NCBI GenBank assembly: GCA_963817895.1 | Contig: CAWFQB010000009.1 | Span: 32,001-96,000 of the forward strand | Origin: an uncultured Chthonomonadaceae bacterium | GTDB taxonomy: Bacteria > Armatimonadota > Chthonomonadetes > Chthonomonadales > Chthonomonadaceae | Reading direction: 5' to 3' | DNA length: 64,000 bases | Shown here: piece after piece, positions 59,669 to 64,000 of the stretch | How the letters are laid out: every line of letters begins with the position of its first letter | How positions within the stretch are numbered: position 1 is the first letter of the stretch | Notes under the pieces: model-generated | Databases searched by the model: none | Seen by the model: the letters and a program-made list of their open reading frames with translations, nothing else | Told to the model about the DNA's origin: nothing | Program-made: the position numbers and the translations under genes

Positions 59669-61655
59669 TTACTGCCTTTTCATAACTGAACGCCAGTTTT
59701 CGTCAAAGAAACCGGCGAGTTCCACATCTTTGGCTCGGTCGTCGTTGAAGGCAGCAGGGTCCATGCGGATAACGGCATAGTCGGGAAGGTGCGGGTATTG
59801 CAGGGCGTTGCTGCCGTTCCAGTCGGCGCGGCTGAAGGTGAAGCCGGTGTTCAGAACGACATAGCGTTTCGGATTTTCGGGGTTGGGGAAGATGAGCAGG
59901 GGCAGGTGGTCGCTTGCGGTGAAGGATTTCCCCGCTATGGTGATGGTATCTTTTGTCCATTTCAGCGGCAGCTTCGACAGCAGGCGGCGTAAAAAGCTGT
60001 TAGAACCCGGATCGCCAAATAAGTAGAGATTATGGTTGGCAATATCGGCTGCGCTCAGTTTCGTATCGGTCGTTTCCGGCAGTGTGGCGCGGCAATACAT
60101 CCCCCACCCCTCCCGAAAACGTTCCATTTCCTGTTTGCTCCACCCCTCCGCGCTCGCGTTCCATGCTGTTCCCGTTCCCGCCACCGCCAGAACCGGGCCG
60201 AACAGGGCGTCGTCTATCGGGACCGGACAGGCCGGGCGCTTTGCGCAGGCCCTTCGGTTCGCCCCATTTCCAATACGCGCCCGTTTTCATCAAATCAAGC
60301 GCGGCAAGCGTTGCTTTCGGAGTTTTCAGCGTTTCGCCGTCCACGACAACAACCCCGTTCGCTTTCCAGTCGGCGGGTGTCAAACGTAATGCGCTGACGT
60401 TGCGCGTGGTCACGTCCAGATGATCGGGCGCGGTTCGTTTCGCGTGGACTTCCGCCCGCTCCCAGTGCCGCTCCAAGCCCTCTAAATGTACCCATTTACA
60501 TTCCGGCCAGCGCAGGGTATACGTGACGAAATCCACATCGGGCGCGTCCGGTTCGCGGCGAACGGGCGCAAACGCGGCCAGCATGCTTTGCAGGGTGTGC
60601 TTCTCATAGGCATGGCCGGTTTTCGGGCCGAGGAAATCCTGATACGGCGCGTTCTCCTGCTTTAAGGCTTCATACATCAGCAGGTGCTGCGCGTGAAACG
60701 TGTCGGTTTCCCCCACATACGGCAGCAGTGGCAGGTTTTTGGCGTTCGCGGCGTAATCAATGGGATCGTACAGGCAGAGCAATCGCGTTTGCCAATCGGG
60801 CAGGGTTCGGGTGGTTTTGGTATAGCGGATGGTTTCCACAAACCCCGCGCCCGGACTCATCGCCGCCCACATACCGGGATGTTGTAGCCCGATATGCCAC
60901 GCGCCATGCCCGCCCATCGAAAAACCGCGCAACGCAACCCGGTTCTCATCAACCGGAAAACGCCTTTTGCAATCCGCGAGGGCCTCGAACACATCCTGCT
61001 CGCCCGCGAACCGCCAGCCGTTGTTGCCGCGCCCGTAGGGGTACAGCGCGAGGTTGGCGAGCGGTTCCGCGCCGAAATTACCCCTTACCCATCCCTTGCC
61101 GCCAATGAAACTCAGTTCGTTGAGATTGCCGCCCCTGCCGTGCAGAAATATGTCAAGCCGCATGGGTTTCGGCGCGGCAAAATCGTACCCGGCGGGAATA
61201 AACGCCTGATACGGCTGAACCGAGCCATCCACCTGCGAACGATAGCCAAGAACGACCACACCCGCCTGCCGCATCCAGGGCGCTTTGCCTTCACGCAGGG
61301 CCGCCAATCGGCTTTCTCCCTCGCTTAAACACGTTCTCGCCTGCGCCACGTTTTGTTTGGAAAAGAAAAGGTCTTGCCGCAGATTACGGTCAACAGCGTC
61401 CAGAAAAATCTCCACATTCGGCAGCATCTGTTTGGTAAGTTTGTCCGCCGCGCCCTTTTGCGCCCGCAAACTTGTTATGCCCTGCCGCAAATGGTCGCGC
61501 CCCTGCGCCAGTTCCTGCCGCTCCTCCGCCGTCAGCGTAACCCGCTCCTTTTGAAACTGCGCGTTCGCGGGCAACCCTGCCATTGTTCCCATTACGATGG
61601 CAAACACGGCTACTATTCTCAATGCGGGTTTGGTTCGCAACGTTTTCTCCTTCAA
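59669..61655 (-). CDS. Secreted alpha/beta-hydrolase (prolyl oligopeptidase/esterase-like), frameshifted near 60220
   Basis: YRSQVDGSVQPY, FLHGRG, GFSMGG nucleophile elbow; C-terminal NLYLFGDPGSN...PNPENPKRYVVLN...AGFFDENW. Confidence 0.85.
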
Positions 61656-61663
61656 ACAACACT

Positions 61664-61764
61664 GTAGGGGCGCCGCTTGCTACGCCTGACACGACGGTAT
61701 ATACAAGACACGACGGTATATACAAGACACGACGGTATATACAAGACTTGGGCTCAGCAAGCAG
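61664..61764. repeat. GTAG REP pair with three 19-bp tandem repeats; the right REP is split by the IS and its remainder is at 63096-63114
   Basis: gtaggggcgccgcttgctacgcc; (gacacgacggtatatacaa)x3 at 61688-61744; gggctcagcaagcag|cgcccctac. Confidence 0.8.
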
Positions 61765-63095
61765 CATAAGTGTCGAAAGCCCGCCTGCTTGCCTTATTTT
61801 GGCTAATCATCGGGTACAAATGGCGTTGCGCACAGCACCTGGCGCGTCCATACACGGCAGTCTTCGGCCAACCAGAACTTGACGGAACGCCAACCCCGAT
61901 CAATGCCCGTCTGCTGTTTGTACCAGATCAGCAGCAAGGCGGCAATCAGGCTCATATAGATCATGATGGTGATGCCGTTCTCGTTGCGACTGAGCAGGTG
62001 ACTATACGAGAGGTGTTGCTTGACAAACTTGAAGAACACCTCGATGTCCCAACGGGAACGGTACAGGGCCGGGATTTCAGCAAAAGTATACAGACCTGCG
62101 TGTTGCCCGTCCTCAGACACGGGCAAGTTGGTCATCAACACGAGCGGCAGCCACAGGTTGCGCCGTTTGTCAAAGCGCAGACCGTGTACCAGCACCAGCG
62201 GCATCCTGTCCCAACGCGCTTGTTCCTCCTGCGTTTCTTGATTGTTGCCAAACACCGCCTGCTGCACCTGTACCAGCACAAAGTCCGGTTCCTGCGCTTG
62301 GGGCGCTTGTGTGGGCAGACACTGTGGGGCGGCTTGCCACAGCGTTTGCACTTGCTGAAAGGCTTGTTGGCTGTGCGGCGTCAGCCAGAAACTGCCCGCC
62401 TGATGCAGCCGCGGCAAACGGGAGCGGTCATGGCAGCCTTTGTCGAATATCCAGAAATCGCCGGGTTGGGTATGCGCCAGCATGGTATTGCCCAGCGCCA
62501 CACAATCGCTCTTGTCGGACTTGGATTTGCACACCTTGAGTAACTGTGGCAGGCCCTCCTGGGAGAGTTCCACGACGCTCTTGACATGGCGCAGCGTCTT
62601 GTCAGGATTGGTCGTCTGATTGGACAAACCAAACGTCAGGAGCTTGGCCGACAGCGTGACCGTGGTGGCGTCAATGCGGCGCAAACGCAACGTCTGTGCC
62701 GTTGCCGGGGTGATCTTGGGAGACAACTTGGCGTACAGGTCGCCAAACAGGTCGCCAAAATAGGCCGGAGGCAACTTTGCCAGACACTTGCCCCAACTGC
62801 TATGGTCGCTACGACTGCTATGGTCGCTACGACAGCCCGTTTGCTGCTGATACGTTTCCTCCAGCACCCGCTGGCTCAACTCAGGATGGTTGAGCAGCCC
62901 ATTGAGCAGGCACAAGAATACGACGGGGCCGGGCAACCGTACATTAGGGTGTACATCTATTTCATAGTGACACGCCAGTTGTTCCAAGCGTGTCAGGGGT
63001 ACAAAGTCAAAGAGTTTTTTCAGAGCAATCATGCTCTGATTTTACAACCAACGGGGCGTACTCGCAAGTGAACGAGCGGGCTTTCGACACTTATG
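61765..63095 (-). mobile_element. IS4-family insertion sequence, 1331 bp
   Basis: Perfect 20-bp TIRs cataagtgtcgaaagcccgc (61765-61784 and 63076-63095); 10-bp target duplication cagcaagcag (61755-61764 and 63096-63105). Confidence 0.93.
61803..63032 (-). CDS. IS4-family DDE transposase
   Basis: RIDAT, IFDKG and the YREK signature YRSRWDIEVFFKFVKQ. Confidence 0.93.
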   Translation of the reverse strand: MIALKKLFDFVPLTRLEQLACHYEIDVHPNVRLPGPVVFLCLLNGLLNHPELSQRVLEETYQQQTGCRSDHSSRSDHSSWGKCLAKLPPAYFGDLFGDLYAKLSPKITPATAQTLRLRRIDATTVTLSAKLLTFGLSNQTTNPDKTLRHVKSVVELSQEGLPQLLKVCKSKSDKSDCVALGNTMLAHTQPGDFWIFDKGCHDRSRLPRLHQAGSFWLTPHSQQAFQQVQTLWQAAPQCLPTQAPQAQEPDFVLVQVQQAVFGNNQETQEEQARWDRMPLVLVHGLRFDKRRNLWLPLVLMTNLPVSEDGQHAGLYTFAEIPALYRSRWDIEVFFKFVKQHLSYSHLLSRNENGITIMIYMSLIAALLLIWYKQQTGIDRGWRSVKFWLAEDCRVWTRQVLCATPFVPDD

Positions 63096-63149
63096 CAGCA
63101 AGCAGCGCCCCTACAACGTACCCTGTCATTCTGCATTGACGCCACGCTA

Positions 63150-64000
63150 AGGGACTCTCAAGAATTAAACTGTTCCATTGGCAACGGTGTCGGGTCGTAT
63201 CTCGACGAACCACTTGTCCAAGCCGGGTAGTCGGCGTACCTGTGTCTCGACAGCCTTCATGGCTTTCTGGCTCAACTTGACCCCGATGGCGTAGGTCGTT
63301 TCCAGCAACTCCACGCTCGGATGCTTTCCCTTCCAGGTCATGGAGCGGGCAAAGTTGACCACGGCGTCTACACTGTCGAGCAAGTCGCCATTCCAATGGT
63401 TCTCCAGAACGCCCCAACAGCGTTCGATGGGATTGTACTTGCTGTGGTAAGGCGGATAGTACGCCAACTGGATGCTCAGCCCGGTTTCGGCGACAAACTG
63501 CACCAGCCGATGCAGGAACTGCGTACGTCGGCTGTGACACTCCGGGCCGTTGTCGAGGTTGAGGTGCAGCGTCTTGATATGGGCGAAGCGGACACGATTG
63601 GCTTCCCACCAATGCTGCACAATGTCGGCCAGACAGTCACTCGTCACCTTGGAGGTCACCGCATACAAGGCGAGTTCGTCTAAAGACGGCAACAGCAAGC
63701 CCGACCGGCGTCACCTGGGCGTCGGGATGAAAGTCATGGTCGGCGGCATGGACCTGCACCCGGTTCTTGCCACCACGGGAATACTCGCCTACCTTGACGG
63801 TCGCCTTGGCATCCAGCGAGACCCGCAAGTCATCGGTTCGGCGTCGGCTTGCGGGTTGACCTGGCTCAAGTGGTCAAAGATGGCGTCGGTTTCGGCGATC
63901 TTTTTTTGGGTTGGCTCTTCTGCACCTTCTTGGGATGGTAGCCCAAGAAGGTTGAGCTTGTCGCCGAATGGTCTCCTCACAGGGCAGTTCGGCGTCCGTA
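63150..64000 (-). mobile_element. ISAzo13-family element, partial, with a frameshifted transposase
   Basis: RVSLDAKATVKVGEYSRGG, DHDF, LDNGPE, YYPPYHSKYNPIERCW; probable element end near gggactctc at 63151. Confidence 0.88.

Noticed and set aside
61688..61744. Possible CRISPR array (also 4242-4300 and 725-823)
   Set aside because: The units are contiguous or nearly so, only 2-3 copies, with no spacers of CRISPR length and no cas genes in the window.
2867..64000. Frameshifts in more than a dozen genes as programmed frameshifting or mass pseudogenisation
   Set aside because: They hit conserved genes (yhbH, spoVR, the phosphatase) and accessory genes alike while the motifs stay intact. Long-read assembly indels are the simplest explanation; reads are needed to confirm.

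Overview
A GC-rich bacterial window. It is most likely Armatimonadota, inferred from DUF1559 prepilin genes with the [14 protein letters not shown] signature, PEP-CTERM proteins and abundant short tandem repeats. Many genes carry single-base frameshifts, probably assembly indels. Main content in order: (1) a MoxR / bpX5 / vWA / bpX6-like ternary conflict operon (2.9-9.9 kb); (2) a TIR + NB-ARC-TPR-GNAT NLR-like locus with a small partner gene (16.3-19.5 kb); (3) a dynamin-like GTPase / GrpE-like / Hsp70-like cluster (20-26 kb); (4) housekeeping and accessory genes, including panD and a prkA-yhbH-spoVR operon interrupted by four genes; (5) a 13 kb locus (46.6-59.5 kb) in which a SARP-type wHTH-BTAD-AAA_35 regulator and an AAA_35-TM-WD40 protein sit among surface or secreted protein genes. 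Four promoters in this last locus share the geometry GTAACG-N5-GTAACG-N10-TATACT, making it the best candidate for an undescribed signalling system. The window also holds an intact IS4-family element inserted into a GTAG REP, a partial ISAzo13, a ~235 bp dispersed structured repeat containing a conserved micro-ORF, and tandem-repeat cassettes inserted in frame into proteins. Family assignments come from motif recognition only; no searches were run.
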